A DNA stretch of 42,569 nt. Source: Saprolegnia diclina VS20 (lineage: Eukaryota). The stretch spans positions 263,491 through 306,059 of the forward strand of contig NW_008246109.1 in assembly GCF_000281045.1 (NCBI RefSeq), read 5' to 3'. Position numbers and translations under genes: made by a program. Of the stretch, positions 30,697-42,024 are shown one piece after another (positions within the stretch are counted from its first letter, which is position 1; each line of letters opens with the position of its first letter). The notes beneath the pieces are model-generated. The model searched no databases and was not told where the DNA came from. It saw only the letters and a program-made list of their open reading frames with translations.

Positions 30697-33600
30697 TTAC
30701 TCCTTGTCGCCCGTCTCGTCAATCTCGACGAGGAGCTCCCCGGCCTTCATGTTGTCGCCGACGATGACGTGGATGTTCTTGATCTTGCCCGAGACGGGCG
30801 CGGCGACCATCGTCTCCATCTTCATGGCGCTGAGGACGCAGAGCGGCGCACCGGCCTTGACGGTCTGGCCCTTGGCGACCTTGACCTCGACAATGACACC
30901 GGGCATGGGCGCGCCAACCGAGCCGGGCATGCCGACCGTGGCCTTGAGGCGCTCGACCTTGCCGACAGCTGCGTTGTCGTCGTTGACCTTGATCACGCGC
31001 TGGCGACCGTTGAGCTCAAAGATCACATCGCGCGTGCCGTCCTTCTTGGAGACAGCGCCGACAGCGATGAGCTTGACAAAGACCGTCTTGCCGTGCTCAA
31101 TCGTGAGCTCGACCTCCTTGTCGACCTCGAGACCGGTGAGGAACGTGCGCGTGTCGAGGAAGTGCATCGAGCCGTACTTGTCCTTGAACTCCATGAAGCC
31201 TTTGAACACATCCGGGTACATGGCGTGCGAGAGCACGTCCAGCTCCGAGATGTTGTCCGAGCCGTACGTCTCACAGAGCTGGCGGTGGGCCGCCGTAAAG
31301 TCGTACGGCGCCATCTCGGCGCCCGGGCGACCCTCAAACATCTCCTTCCCGTTCGGGAGGAGCTTGCCCTTGAGCACCTTGGCGCGGAGCTCTTCCGGGA
31401 AGCCGTGGTGGGGGATACCGAGGTAGCCTTGGAAGTACTCGATGACCGACTTGGGGAACGAAAGCGTCTCGGCCTGGGCGAGCACCTCCTCTTCCGTCAA
31501 GTTGTTTTGGACGAGGAACTGCGCAAAGTCACCGACGACCTTGGACGACGGCGTGACCTTGATGATGTCGCCGAGGAGCTTGTTGGCCGTCGCGTACGCC
31601 TTCTTGATCGCCGGCCACTGACCGGTGAGGCCGAGCTGCGTCGATTGGTAGAGAAGGTTCGTGTACTGGCCACCGGGCATCTCGTGGTGGTACACGTCGG
31701 CCGACCCGCTCTTCTGGCCCGACTCGAACGGCGCGTAGACACCGCGCATCGTCTCCCAGTAGTCGTTGATCTCGTTGATCATGCCGGCGTCAACCTTGGT
31801 GTCGAGCTCCGTGTTCTGGAGCGCAGCCACGATCGCGCCCATCGACGGCTGCGACGTCGTGCCGCTCATGGCGTCCGTCGCGCAGTCGATCGCGTCCGCA
31901 CCCGCGTACGCCGCCTGGAGCATCGAGCTCACGCCCGTGCCGGCCGTGTCGTGCGTGTGCACGTGGATCGGGAGGTCCGGGAACTCGGCGCGGATCGCAC
32001 CGATGAGGATCTGGGCGGCCTGGGGCTTGAGGAGACCGGCCATGTCCTTGATCGCGAGCACGTGGATACCGAGGCCGACGAGCTGGCGCGTAAAGTTGAG
32101 GTAGTACTCGAGGTTGTACGGGCCGCGCTCCGGGTCCGAGACGTCGCCCGTGTAGCACACAGCAGCCTCAATGATACCGCCCGACGCGCCGACCGCGTCG
32201 ATACCGAGGCGCATGTTCTCGAGGTAGTTGAGCGAGTCAAAGACGCGGAAGACATCCATACCGGTCTGCTGGGCCTTTTCGCAAAACTTGTAGACAACGT
32301 TGTCCGGGTACGACGTGTAGCCGACCGCGTTGGCGCCGCGGAGGAGCATCTGGAACGGCACGTCCGGGACGAGCTCGCGGAGGTTGGCGAGGCGCTCCCA
32401 CGGGTCTTCGCGGAGGAAGCGCATGGTGACATCAAAGGTCGCGCCGCCCCACATCTCGATCGAGTAGGCGTTGCGGAGCGCAATGGCCGTCGCCGGCGCA
32501 ATCGCCTCGAGGTCCGTCGTGCGTACGCGCGTCGCGAGCAGCGACTGGTGCGCGTCACGCCACGTCGTGTCCGTCAGCAGCAGCCCCTTGTTGTTGCGGA
32601 CCGCTTTCGCAAAGGCCGCCGGGCCCTCCGACGTGTAGATCTGGCGCAGCGACTTGGTGGCCGACGGCGCGGGCTCGGCAAAGTGCGGCGCGAGCGGGTC
32701 CATCGACGACGGCGCCGGGCCAGTCGCGCCAAGCGCCTTCTCCGGACCGTTGACGATCGTGTTACCAATGTAGCGGAGCAGCTTCTGGCCGCGGTTGGTC
32801 GAGTGCGACGGCGCGACGAGGTGCGGGTTGTCGGCAATGAACGACGTGTCGATCGTGCCGTCGACAAAGTCCGGGTGGTTGAGCACGTTGAGCAGAAAGT
32901 TCTTGTTGGTCGTGACGCCGCGGACGCGGAATTCCTTGAGCGCGCGCTTGAGCTTGCGGGCGCAGTCGCCGCGGTCGAGCGCACGCGCAGTCACCTTGAC
33001 GAGGAGCGAGTCGTAGTGCGGCGTAATGTGCGCACCGACAAACCCAGGGCCGTCGTCGAGGCGGATGCCCATGCCACCTGGCGAGCGGAAGACTTCAATG
33101 ACACCCGAGTCGGGCTGGAAGTTGAGCGCCGGGTTCTCAGTCGTGACACGGCACTGCATCGCGTGGCCGCGCACCTTGATCTTGTCCTGGACAAGGCCAA
33201 GCGACTCGAAGCTCTCGCCGTTGGCGATGCGGATCTGGCTCTGGACGAGGTCGACGCCCGTGATCTCTTCCGTGATCGTGTGCTCGACCTGGATGCGCGG
33301 GTTGACTTCGATGAAGTAATGGCGACCTTCCTGGTCCACAAGGAACTCGACCGTGCCGGCGTTCTTGTAGTTGGCCGCGGCCGTGAGGCGCACTGCGTCG
33401 TCGATCATGGCCTTCTCCGTCTCCGGGTTGAGGAGGACGGCGGGGGCCGTCTCGAGCACCTTCTGGTGGCGACGCTGGACCGAGCAATCACGGTGGAAGA
33501 GGTGGACGACCTTGCCCTTGCCGTCACCGAGGATCTGGACTTCAATGTGGCGGGGCTTGTAGACGTAGCGCTCAATGAACACCGTGCCATCACCAAAGGC

Positions 33601-34260
33601 CGCCAGCGCTTCCGAGGAGGCACGGATAAAGTTGTCTTCGAGCTCTTCGGCGTGGGTCACGACACGCATGCCCTTGCCACCGCCGCCCATGCTGGCCTTG
33701 ATGATCACCGGGTAGCCGACACCAGAGTCGATGAAGGCGCGGGCCTGCTCGAGCGTCTCGACCGGGCCTTCCGTACCGGGCACGACCGGCACGTTGTGCT
33801 TGATCGCGATCGCGCGGGCGGCCGTCTTGTCGCCAAAGGTCGCGAGGTTCTCGGGCGTCGGGCCCACAAACGTAATGCCGTTGGCCGCGCACTTCTTGGC
33901 AAACTCGACGTTCTCCGAGAGGAAGCCGTAGCCAGGGTGGACTGCGTCGACGTGGTTGTCCTTGGCGACGTTAATGATCGAGTCAATGTCGAGGTAAGCC
34001 GCGACGGGCGACTTGCCCTTCCCGACAAGGTACGACTCGTCGGCCTTGTAGCGGTGCTGCGTGAAGCGATCCTCGGCCGAGAAGATACCGACCGTGCGGA
34101 TGCCAAGCTCGTTACCGGCGCGCATGATGCGCGTCGCGATCTCGCCGCGGTTGGCGGCCATGAGCTTGCGGATCTGGCTCATGTCGCGGGCGCTCTGGCC
34201 GCGGAGGAAGATGTTGGACGCCGACGACGCCTTCATCTTGTGGACGTGGCGGTACAACAT
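30697..34260 (-). CDS. PC: Pyruvate carboxylase, intronless, probable mitochondrial presequence
   Basis: ANRGEIA, HPGYGFLSEN, GGGGKGMR, RDCSVQRRHQK, DTTWRDAHQSL, WGGATFD, IKDMAG, HTHDT, HEMPGGQYTNL and AMKMET biotin motif. ATG at 34260. Confidence 0.98.
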   Translation of the reverse strand: MLYRHVHKMKASSASNIFLRGQSARDMSQIRKLMAANRGEIATRIMRAGNELGIRTVGIFSAEDRFTQHRYKADESYLVGKGKSPVAAYLDIDSIINVAKDNHVDAVHPGYGFLSENVEFAKKCAANGITFVGPTPENLATFGDKTAARAIAIKHNVPVVPGTEGPVETLEQARAFIDSGVGYPVIIKASMGGGGKGMRVVTHAEELEDNFIRASSEALAAFGDGTVFIERYVYKPRHIEVQILGDGKGKVVHLFHRDCSVQRRHQKVLETAPAVLLNPETEKAMIDDAVRLTAAANYKNAGTVEFLVDQEGRHYFIEVNPRIQVEHTITEEITGVDLVQSQIRIANGESFESLGLVQDKIKVRGHAMQCRVTTENPALNFQPDSGVIEVFRSPGGMGIRLDDGPGFVGAHITPHYDSLLVKVTARALDRGDCARKLKRALKEFRVRGVTTNKNFLLNVLNHPDFVDGTIDTSFIADNPHLVAPSHSTNRGQKLLRYIGNTIVNGPEKALGATGPAPSSMDPLAPHFAEPAPSATKSLRQIYTSEGPAAFAKAVRNNKGLLLTDTTWRDAHQSLLATRVRTTDLEAIAPATAIALRNAYSIEMWGGATFDVTMRFLREDPWERLANLRELVPDVPFQMLLRGANAVGYTSYPDNVVYKFCEKAQQTGMDVFRVFDSLNYLENMRLGIDAVGASGGIIEAAVCYTGDVSDPERGPYNLEYYLNFTRQLVGLGIHVLAIKDMAGLLKPQAAQILIGAIRAEFPDLPIHVHTHDTAGTGVSSMLQAAYAGADAIDCATDAMSGTTSQPSMGAIVAALQNTELDTKVDAGMINEINDYWETMRGVYAPFESGQKSGSADVYHHEMPGGQYTNLLYQSTQLGLTGQWPAIKKAYATANKLLGDIIKVTPSSKVVGDFAQFLVQNNLTEEEVLAQAETLSFPKSVIEYFQGYLGIPHHGFPEELRAKVLKGKLLPNGKEMFEGRPGAEMAPYDFTAAHRQLCETYGSDNISELDVLSHAMYPDVFKGFMEFKDKYGSMHFLDTRTFLTGLEVDKEVELTIEHGKTVFVKLIAVGAVSKKDGTRDVIFELNGRQRVIKVNDDNAAVGKVERLKATVGMPGSVGAPMPGVIVEVKVAKGQTVKAGAPLCVLSAMKMETMVAAPVSGKIKNIHVIVGDNMKAGELLVEIDETGDKE

Positions 34261-35165
34261 GCTGCGGCTGGTCAAGTGCGCTCGACACGAAAACTTGAGA
34301 AGTGAGCAAATCCGCCACAAAGATTTCCGAGTCTCTCACAATCGATATTTCGAACCGCCAATCAAAAGCGGCGAAAATATCGGCGCGCGATGCCATTGGC
34401 TGCAAAGTAGCACGTGGCAAGATACTTGAAGGGAGCGGGGTGCATCAAAACGACAAGAAGGAGGTCCTTGGCAAGCGACGACACCGCTGGACAGAAAAAG
34501 ATCCACGGCGTCCACGGCACGATGGCGCCACCGCACCGTCGCACGAAGTGCTTTTGACTTGGGTGCGGCTACTCTAAGGTACGGTAAACCCAAGATCGAA
34601 CCGCGACGAGCCCTAACCGCGGTTGATGCAAACACCGGTTAAGAACGACCTTGCGTTGAGCAGTCTCAGTCGCTCGGTAGAGGAGCACGTGGGTGCTATA
34701 CGTATAGCTTTTACAGCGCGTGAAGCGACGACCTAAGCGGTTGATGGCGTCCCAACCGCGGTTCGTCCGACCCTCCGCATGTGTTTAAAACACGGTTGCA
34801 TAGACAGCGTACGATCCGCACATGCAAAGATCGGGTCCGGATACGAGAGGCGCAAGCGGAATCGATTGCGCATTGGCCATAATGCTGGCATTTGCACCAA
34901 TCACACGTGTTCTTTTCACGTGACGCTTGCCCGTCACAAGAAAATTCGTTGCACGCAAGAGAAACCTGCAGCTTTTGATAAGGTGCACGCGCCAAGGTGG
35001 CGGAGCGATGGCCAGCTGGACGACTGCGCAGTGGGATGCGCCCAAGTGCCGATTGGCTCGCTATCCCTGACGTCACGCCGTCATTCTGCGCTTCACGCGC
35101 GGCGATTGCCCATCCTCTCTGCATGGAACCAACGCCTCATGGACACCAGTTGCATGGATTCGGCG

Positions 35166-35711
35166 CTAAATCAGCACTGTTTCAAATCCCAACGACGTCG
35201 AGTCCGCAAAAATGTGGTCCAGCCACGATGGGCTCGGCGCCGGAAGGTCCACCGCCACGGCGCTGCCGTAGAGGAGCGGTGCCAGAAGTCGCTCGATGGA
35301 CGCATCGTTGGACGACGACGCAGCTGCGAGAGTAGCTTTTGCGGGCGACACCATCGAGCACCCTGGTGGCTCCTCGGCCGATGGAATCGTCGCTTGCATC
35401 GCTAGTGCGCGGCTGGGCGGGCAGCGCTGAATCAAGCCTATGGCATCGACCCGACCTTTCTCAAAATGCGCATGCCAGTAGCGCGTTGTCGCCTTCGGAA
35501 GGCCCTTTACGCGCTGGAAGCCGTAGTAGTTGAGCTGGCGCTGGAAGCTGTTGAAGCGCTTGTGGCGAAAGTACCGCGGTAGCACAGCTTCCTCGAAGCG
35601 CGTCCGATCGCGGATCTCGAGCGAGTGGTCGTCCGGCCCCCACGCGACCACGTCGTCGGGCTCGTGCTCGAGCATGCGCAGGAGCTGGTGCACAAACGGA
35701 GCTGGCTTCAT
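35166..35711 (-). CDS. Small HSF-type DNA-binding domain protein (~181 aa)
   Basis: APFVHQLLRMLE..VVAW..VLPRYFRHKRFNSFQRQLNYYGFQR..HAHF. ATG at 35711. Confidence 0.85.
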   Translation of the reverse strand: MKPAPFVHQLLRMLEHEPDDVVAWGPDDHSLEIRDRTRFEEAVLPRYFRHKRFNSFQRQLNYYGFQRVKGLPKATTRYWHAHFEKGRVDAIGLIQRCPPSRALAMQATIPSAEEPPGCSMVSPAKATLAAASSSNDASIERLLAPLLYGSAVAVDLPAPSPSWLDHIFADSTSLGFETVLI

Positions 35712-35908
35712 TGCCGTCGAAGCTTCCTTGTCCGTGATCGAGCGCTCGCGCCGGGTCGGCTTCACCCCGCTCGTCCGGTCTGTCGAAAATGCGTCTGAAG
35801 ATCGCAAGCGAAACTGCCACGTGTCTTAACCGGACAGTATCCGGAAGATACCCTGTCAATGCCGCCATATCGCGTGGTCGAACCGGTAGAATCCAGCAGT
35901 GCATGGGC

Positions 35909-36249
35909 NNNNNNNNNNNNNNNNNNNNNNNNNNNNNNNNNNNNNNNNNNNNNNNNNNNNNNNNNNNNNNNNNNNNNNNNNNNNNNNNNNNNNNNNNNNN
36001 NNNNNNNNNNNNNNNNNNNNNNNNNNNNNNNNNNNNNNNNNNNNNNNNNNNNNNNNNNNNNNNNNNNNNNNNNNNNNNNNNNNNNNNNNNNNNNNNNNNN
36101 NNNNNNNNNNNNNNNNNNNNNNNNNNNNNNNNNNNNNNNNNNNNNNNNNNNNNNNNNNNNNNNNNNNNNNNNNNNNNNNNNNNNNNNNNNNNNNNNNNNN
36201 NNNNNNNNNNNNNNNNNNNNNNNNNNNNNNNNNNNNNNNNNNNNNNNNN
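35909..36249. other. Assembly gap (341 N)
   Basis: Run of N. Confidence 1.
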
Positions 36250-36392
36250 GCTCCTTTTGGACTCAAGCGTACCGGAAGCGAAGCTGAAGTCTAGAACATC
36301 AGTTCTTGCAGGTCCCGCGTCACTTGATACCCTTTTCCGGACATCCGGATGGCGGATTGCGATCTGGCAAACCACATTCGAGAACTTGCACA

Positions 36393-37891
36393 ATGACCGA
36401 CCAGCGCGTCGCCCTCCACGTGTACGACCTGTCCCGCGGCCTCGCGCGGCAGATGTCGGCGTCGCTCCTGGGCATGCACATTGACGGCGTGTGGCACACG
36501 GGCGTGTGCGTCTATGGCCTCGAGTACTTTTACGGCGGCGGTATCCAAGCGGTGCCACCGGCGCAGGTCGCCGAGACGTATGGCACACCGTACCAAGTCG
36601 TCGAGCTGGGCACGACGCAGGTAGACCAAGCGGACTTTACGTCGTTTCTCCAAGAGATCCAGTCGCGCTTCACGGCGGCAACGTACAACTTGCTCTCGAA
36701 CAACTGCAACAACTTTTCCAACGAAGTCGCCAACTTTCTCGTGGGCAGCAACATCCCACAGCACATCTTGGACCTGCCGCAGCAGGTGCTCTCGACGCCC
36801 ATGGGGTACGTTGATCGTGCTTGTGACGAGGCGAATTCCTCATGCGACGTGTAGCGCCATGTTTCGGCCCATGTTTGAAGACATGCAAGGACGCATGGCC
36901 GAGAGCATCCAGTCGCACCACAACCCGTCGCCCATCGCAGCCCCGGTGTCCCGTACGGCGCTGCCTCCGACAAAGACCTTGGCGAGCTACGCGCAGACGT
37001 ACATCTCATGTCTGCCAGAGCTGCATGTCGAGCGCATCGCGGGCCGCCTCGACGCTCTCAAGGCGCTGTCGCCGGACGAGACGAGCGCCATCCAGCGCCT
37101 CATGCACTTTGCAACGTCCAAAGACACGACGCAACTCGTTCCGAGTGATTCGTACGTCCTACTACTTGATTGCATCGCTAACTTGACGCTGGTAGCGCTT
37201 TCTGGTGGTCGCTTGTCGCGAATGCGTTCGGTGCTCAAACGCCCGCGGCCACGTTCACGGCGCTCTGCCTCCTTCGCATCGTGCTGCTAGCCGATATTCG
37301 ATCGCCCGGCGTCGTCGTCGATACAATGCTGATGTCGCCGGTCATCGACCAGCTCCTCCAGCAGACGCAAACCACACTGGACGGGCCCCACCGCATCTTG
37401 CTGCTCTCTGTCCTCCTCAATGGACTCGAGGCGCCCGCGAGCAAGGCGCAATTCGCCGAGCACCTCGGCGTGTGGCTCGCGTTTGTCTGGGGCACGTGGC
37501 AGGGCCCTGCGACCAGCCACAGCCAGGCCGAGATGGCAGCCTGCTTCGTGCTCAACGTGTGTCGGGACATTCGCCCGTCCACTGCCGACTACGACATGAT
37601 CCAGTTTGCGCTCGTCGGCGGCTGCGCCGAGGTCCTCGACGTGCACGCAAGCCAGGGCGCTCTCGAGACGACTGCGGTACGCCCTTTGCCCGGCGAGACC
37701 TTGCTCACTCTCTATTGTAGACTATCGTCGAACGCATTGTCGCGGGGCTGGGGCTCCTCCTGCAAAAGGACGTGGGCGCGCGGAGCCTCGCGGCTGAAGT
37801 CGGCCTCGTGCATGTGCTCACGCGACTCCGGCCAAAGACGACGGCGCTCGACTTCCACAGCGTCCTCGGCGAAGTGCTGGCGTTGATTTAA
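36393..37891 (+). CDS. DESI1: DeSI/PPPDE peptidase (desumoylating isopeptidase 1-like) with C-terminal helical, PUL-like extension; multi-exon
   Basis: VALHVYDLSRG, GVWHTGV (catalytic His), YNLLSNNCNNFSNE (catalytic Cys), IPQHILDLPQQVLSTPMG. Spliced helical tail ends ...LGEVLALI* at 37891. Confidence 0.85.
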
Positions 37892-38037
37892 GCGGAAGAG
37901 AATAGAACCTAGCTGCACTGTCCATGGCCGTGTGGACCGCACCATATTTCGTTTTCGTTTCGCGGATTTTGGGGTTTGAAAAGAAAGAATTGGTGTTGCG
38001 TTTTGAGATTCAAGAGCCGAAACGTCCTGCAACCGAC

Positions 38038-38840
38038 ATGGCGTCGGGAAAGCGCTCGGATCGGAAGCGCATTGACGACTGGACGAGCGACGATGTCATG
38101 CAATGGCTCCACGCCGAAGGCCTCGCGGCCTACGAGAGCCTCTTCTTGACGCAAGAGACGCTGAACGGTAGTCGGTGGATCAAACCTCCACCTGCACGCT
38201 GTGTTGTAGGCGAATTCTTGCTCGAATTCTCGACGCCGACGCTCGATCACATGGGCATCACAAGCCTCAAGCAGCGCAAGGTCCAACTCGAATATGTATC
38301 GTTGCATGTACAATCGCTTTGTGGTAGGAGCTCCTCAAGGCCATCCACAGCCTGCAAGTCCGCGCGCTCGAAGAGGTGCGCGCGTCGCCTCGCATTACGA
38401 CGAGCAACCAAGGGCACGAGCCCGAGTTCAACGAAGACGCGAGCCATGCATCCTTTCTCGAGGCCTTGCAGGCCTGGCGCCAGCCCTCGCAGGCCCGCGT
38501 ATGTCACCGCTCTGAACCAATCTCCAGCATCTACCTTTACTCTTGTAGGTGGACCATGGCACGGCCACGAGCCTTCCGACGGTGTGCTGGCACTGCCTGG
38601 TACAGGTGGCTGCTCGACGCTGGCTCACGGGACGCTGCCTAGGCGCCGTGTCGGCAGCTCGTGCCAGCGCCGGACGCGCGCAGCGTGTGTTCGAAGCGCT
38701 GCTTGGACGCGCTGCTTGCCGCGGACGCGCAGGCGAACGACGCGGTCGCGTCGCAAGCGGCTGCTTATCGCGCTCGTCTGCAAGCCGCGTGGTCTTTGGA
38801 CATTCAGCTGCTGACCAGATCGCCCAATGATCCAATGTGA
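38038..38840 (+). CDS. SAM-domain protein with C-terminal CxxC...CSxxC putative Zn finger; ~5 exons
   Basis: IDDWTSDDVMQWLHAEGLAAYESLF..LNG|EFLL..LDHMGITSLKQRK|ELLKAIHSL is a SAM domain. Spliced tail VCWHCL|APC..SVCSKRCLDAL..DPM*. Confidence 0.72.
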
Positions 38841-38936
38841 TTGGTGCTCGAATATAAATGTCCACCAATCGAAACGCGCTTTGCGATGCATTATAGCCAG
38901 TCACAAGCGAGAACGCTTCACTCTTGTAATTGCGCC

Positions 38937-40330
38937 ATGGGCGGCAACCTCACAGGGGGCGGCGTCGCCATGAACGGGACGGCGCATGGGCGGGTCATGG
39001 TCTCGTCGCTGCCGCTCTTCTACCTCTGCATGGGCCTCTCGCTCCTCGCGCTCAGTCTTATGGGCGCCAAGGCGCTGCTTCTCAAGCGGGGCGTGACCCT
39101 CAAGCAGCCCAGCCAGATCGAAGCGATGGCCCACCGCGTGCACCTAATCGAGGTCGCGGTCTACATCCTCGCGTGGTACTCGATGAGCATCGGCATGACG
39201 CTCTTCCTCAAGTGGTTCCTCAAAGTCTGGCAAGGCGGCTTTCCGTACGTGCTGACGATGGGGACCGTGCACATGGCCGTCAAGGCGATCTTCTCGCACC
39301 TGCTGACGTGCAAGCGCAACATTGCCATTGCGCCGCTAACCTCGCGCGACTACTGGATGTACCGCGTCATCTGCTTATGTGCGAAGCTGATGGCGTTGCC
39401 CTAGGCTGGCTGTGCCCATCGGGCTCTTTACAGGCGCCGACATTGTCCTCTCCAACAAGTCGCTCACGTACATCACCGTGTCCTTCTTTACGATTGTCAA
39501 GTCGGGTGGCAACGTCTGGTACTACGCCCATGCTCCTTCTTCTTCTTCTTATGGCTAAGGTCATAGGAACCTCCTCTTCTCCATCTTGCTCAAGCTGCAA
39601 GAGCCGTCGTGGGCGCTCTGCGGCGTCGTGTGTTTCATCTGCACCGGCATTGGCATGGCCAGCTACGGCACCATCAACTTTGTCCTTATCGGCTTTCTCT
39701 GCGTCCTTCTCGCGTCGATCCTCGGCACGCTCCGCTGGGTCCTCACGCAGTTCTTCATGAAGCGCATGACGGCGTCGTCGCACCAGTACATTATATATAT
39801 GTATCAACCTCGCTCATTCGGCTCATCCTATTCTCTTCCTAGTACGCTGGCGGTTGTCTACTATATCTCACCCGTCAGTGCGCTCCTTCTCCTCCCGATC
39901 GCTGTCGTCGTCGATGGCCCGAGCTTGCTTGCATCCAAGTTTTGCCACGACACGGTGCTCTTCCTGCAGGCGCTTCTTGGCGTGCTCCTCGGCGGAACCA
40001 TGTCCTTCTTCCTCGTCTCGGTCGAGATTGAGCTCGTGAAGAAGACGTCGGCGCTCTCCCTCGGTACAGTATGCACCTAAGACCGAGGCTCATGATGGTC
40101 ACGTAGGTATTGCCGGCAACCTCAAGGACGTTCTCCAGATCCTCATGGCCATGCTCATCTTCCACGACAAGCTCAGTGCTCTCAACGTTGCGGGGCTTTT
40201 TGTGGCGACGACGGGCCTTGTCTTGTACTCGTACATCAAGGCGCGACCGTCGTCATCGTCGCCGGCCTATGCGCTCGTGCACCTGGACGACGTCGATATC
40301 GAAGACGCCAACGAAATGCACGTCAAGTGA
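38937..40330 (+). CDS. SLC35C2-like / triose-phosphate-translocator family (DMT) nucleotide-sugar transporter; multi-exon
   Basis: ILAWYSMSIGMTLFLKW, DIVLSNKSLTYITVSFFTIVKS, LGTLRWVLTQ, ELVKKTSALSLG and GNLKDVLQI are SLC35C2/TPT motifs. Confidence 0.85.
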
Positions 40331-40377
40331 GCACGCTAGTATACTCTCCTATTCTGTATCCTGTCTCCTATACTACC

Positions 40378-40414
40378 TCTACGACGACTACGACTACGAC
40401 GGCGACGACGACGA
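40378..40414 (+). repeat. (ACG)n-like microsatellite between convergent stop codons
   Basis: tctacgacgactacgactacgacggcgacgacgacga. Confidence 0.6.
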
Positions 40415-42024
40415 CTAGAGGCCGCCACAGACCGCGGCGAGCAGCGCCTGGACCGTCGGACGTTTGTGCCAATCGAGGTGCAAGCATTGCCGTATCAGAT
40501 GCTAGTACAAGTGCATGAGACGACGCAAGCTGCAAGCAGTAGCGACTCTACCTGGGCGTCGGCGGGGACGTGAGCGGGGATGTGTAGCGTCGGACTCGCT
40601 CGGTACATCTTCATGCGCTCCGTCATCTCGGGCTTACTGGCCTGCGTCCCCAGCGGGTGGGCGTGGCACAGCAGCATGTAGAAGATGAGCCCGATCGCCC
40701 ACACGTCAAACTTCTCATAGGTCGCGCCGAGGCTAGTAGCTTCGCTTGGCGACAAGAGGTACCACTCGGGCGGTGCAAACGCTGGCGACGCGTTCTGGCC
40801 CACGAGGATGATTGCGTGCTTGCGCTGCGAGAGGTGAAAGTCGGTCAAGCGCAGTTGCGCGCCGGCGATCGTCGCCAAGAGCACATTGGCCGGCTTGAGA
40901 TCGCAGTGCGCCATGCCCTTCTACATGCAACAGCCGAAGATGATGGTGCGGTAATTCAAGAAAATGCGAGCGATACCTGGTGGACGTAGTCGAGACCGAG
41001 AAGCAGTTGGAAGAGCAAGTGGCGTGCGAGTCCCATCTCGCAGGGCCCGCCGAGGTTCTACGTGAGAACTGGTTGAGGATACGCATGAACGGAGACGAGA
41101 GAATCGCACCTCCATGAACTGGTACAAGTCGCACGCCATGCGGTCCATGACCATGAGCGAGTATGGCGCACCGCGATGGGATGTCATGAGCAGGGGACCG
41201 TGGACGTGAACCGTGTGCTCGGACGGCAGGAAGAGCTACAATCACGCAGAGTGGGCGAGAGACATGGACGATGTGATGTACCTGGTGGTTTCGGAACTCG
41301 ATCTCGGCTTGGTGCAGCTTGGTGCAGATCTTGATGGCGCAAAATGTACGCGTATGCACGTCGTAAGCTTCCCAGACTTCCGAGTTGCCGCCTTGGCCGA
41401 TGAGCGCCTTGAGCTGGTAGCGATCGTGCAAGAACGGGAGGCTGGCAAAGGCCGTGGCTACAGTGACCGTTAAGGAGAGAGCTCTACAGGAGGAGGCGAC
41501 GTACTCGCGTGCAAGTGGACGCGCTTTTCGTGGCGGCGAAAGTGGGCCTTGGCCACCTCGAGCGCGCTCACGTTCGCCGCGTACTTGTCTTGGAGTGACC
41601 GGATGTACGCGGCAAACATGGCATTCGACATGTCGCCCGCGCTCAGCGTGCGCTTGACGTACAGGTCCTCGAGCTGCACGTCGCGCTGCCGCCGCTCAAT
41701 GTCGCTCCCGAGCTCCGCGAGCGCGTGCTTCATCGTCAACGTCGCCGCTTCGAACGCCTGGCGCCACTCGACGCTGGCCGCGGGTGGTGACGTGGACACC
41801 GCGCCTTTGCAGCTAAGGCCATGCATCTGCTGCTGGATGCTTGTCACGCCATCGTCCCAGCGAATGCGCTGCTCGACCGGCGTGCCCACGAGCATGCCAT
41901 TGCCCGCGTCAGACCAGTGGACCTGTTTGTCTTCGTAGACGCCGACGGCAAGGATGTCACCGCTCGTGTCCATCGCGTCGCCGTCGATGAGCTTGGGCGC
42001 GACGACGGTCTCGGAGATGTCCAT
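40415..42024 (-). CDS. Divergent Tousled-like (TLK) Ser/Thr protein kinase; multi-exon
   Basis: Coiled coil, then HFRRHEKRVHLHA|TTAFASLPFLHDRYQLKALIGQGGNSEVWEAYD (TLK-type pre-kinase linker). CAIKI, HCDLKPANVL, TDFHLSQ, APPEWY, KFDVWAIGLIFY, CL..DWHKRPTV. Stop at 40415. Confidence 0.75.

Noticed and set aside
30769..34305. 1178-aa antisense ORF opposite pyruvate carboxylase
   Set aside because: Exactly codon-in-register with PC and stop-free because this highly biased gene avoids TTA/CTA/TCA. No recognisable domain. Same artifact type as the disputed antisense HSP70/GDH pair in Achlya.
35461..36588. ORFs spanning the N gap
   Set aside because: Artifacts of translating Ns.
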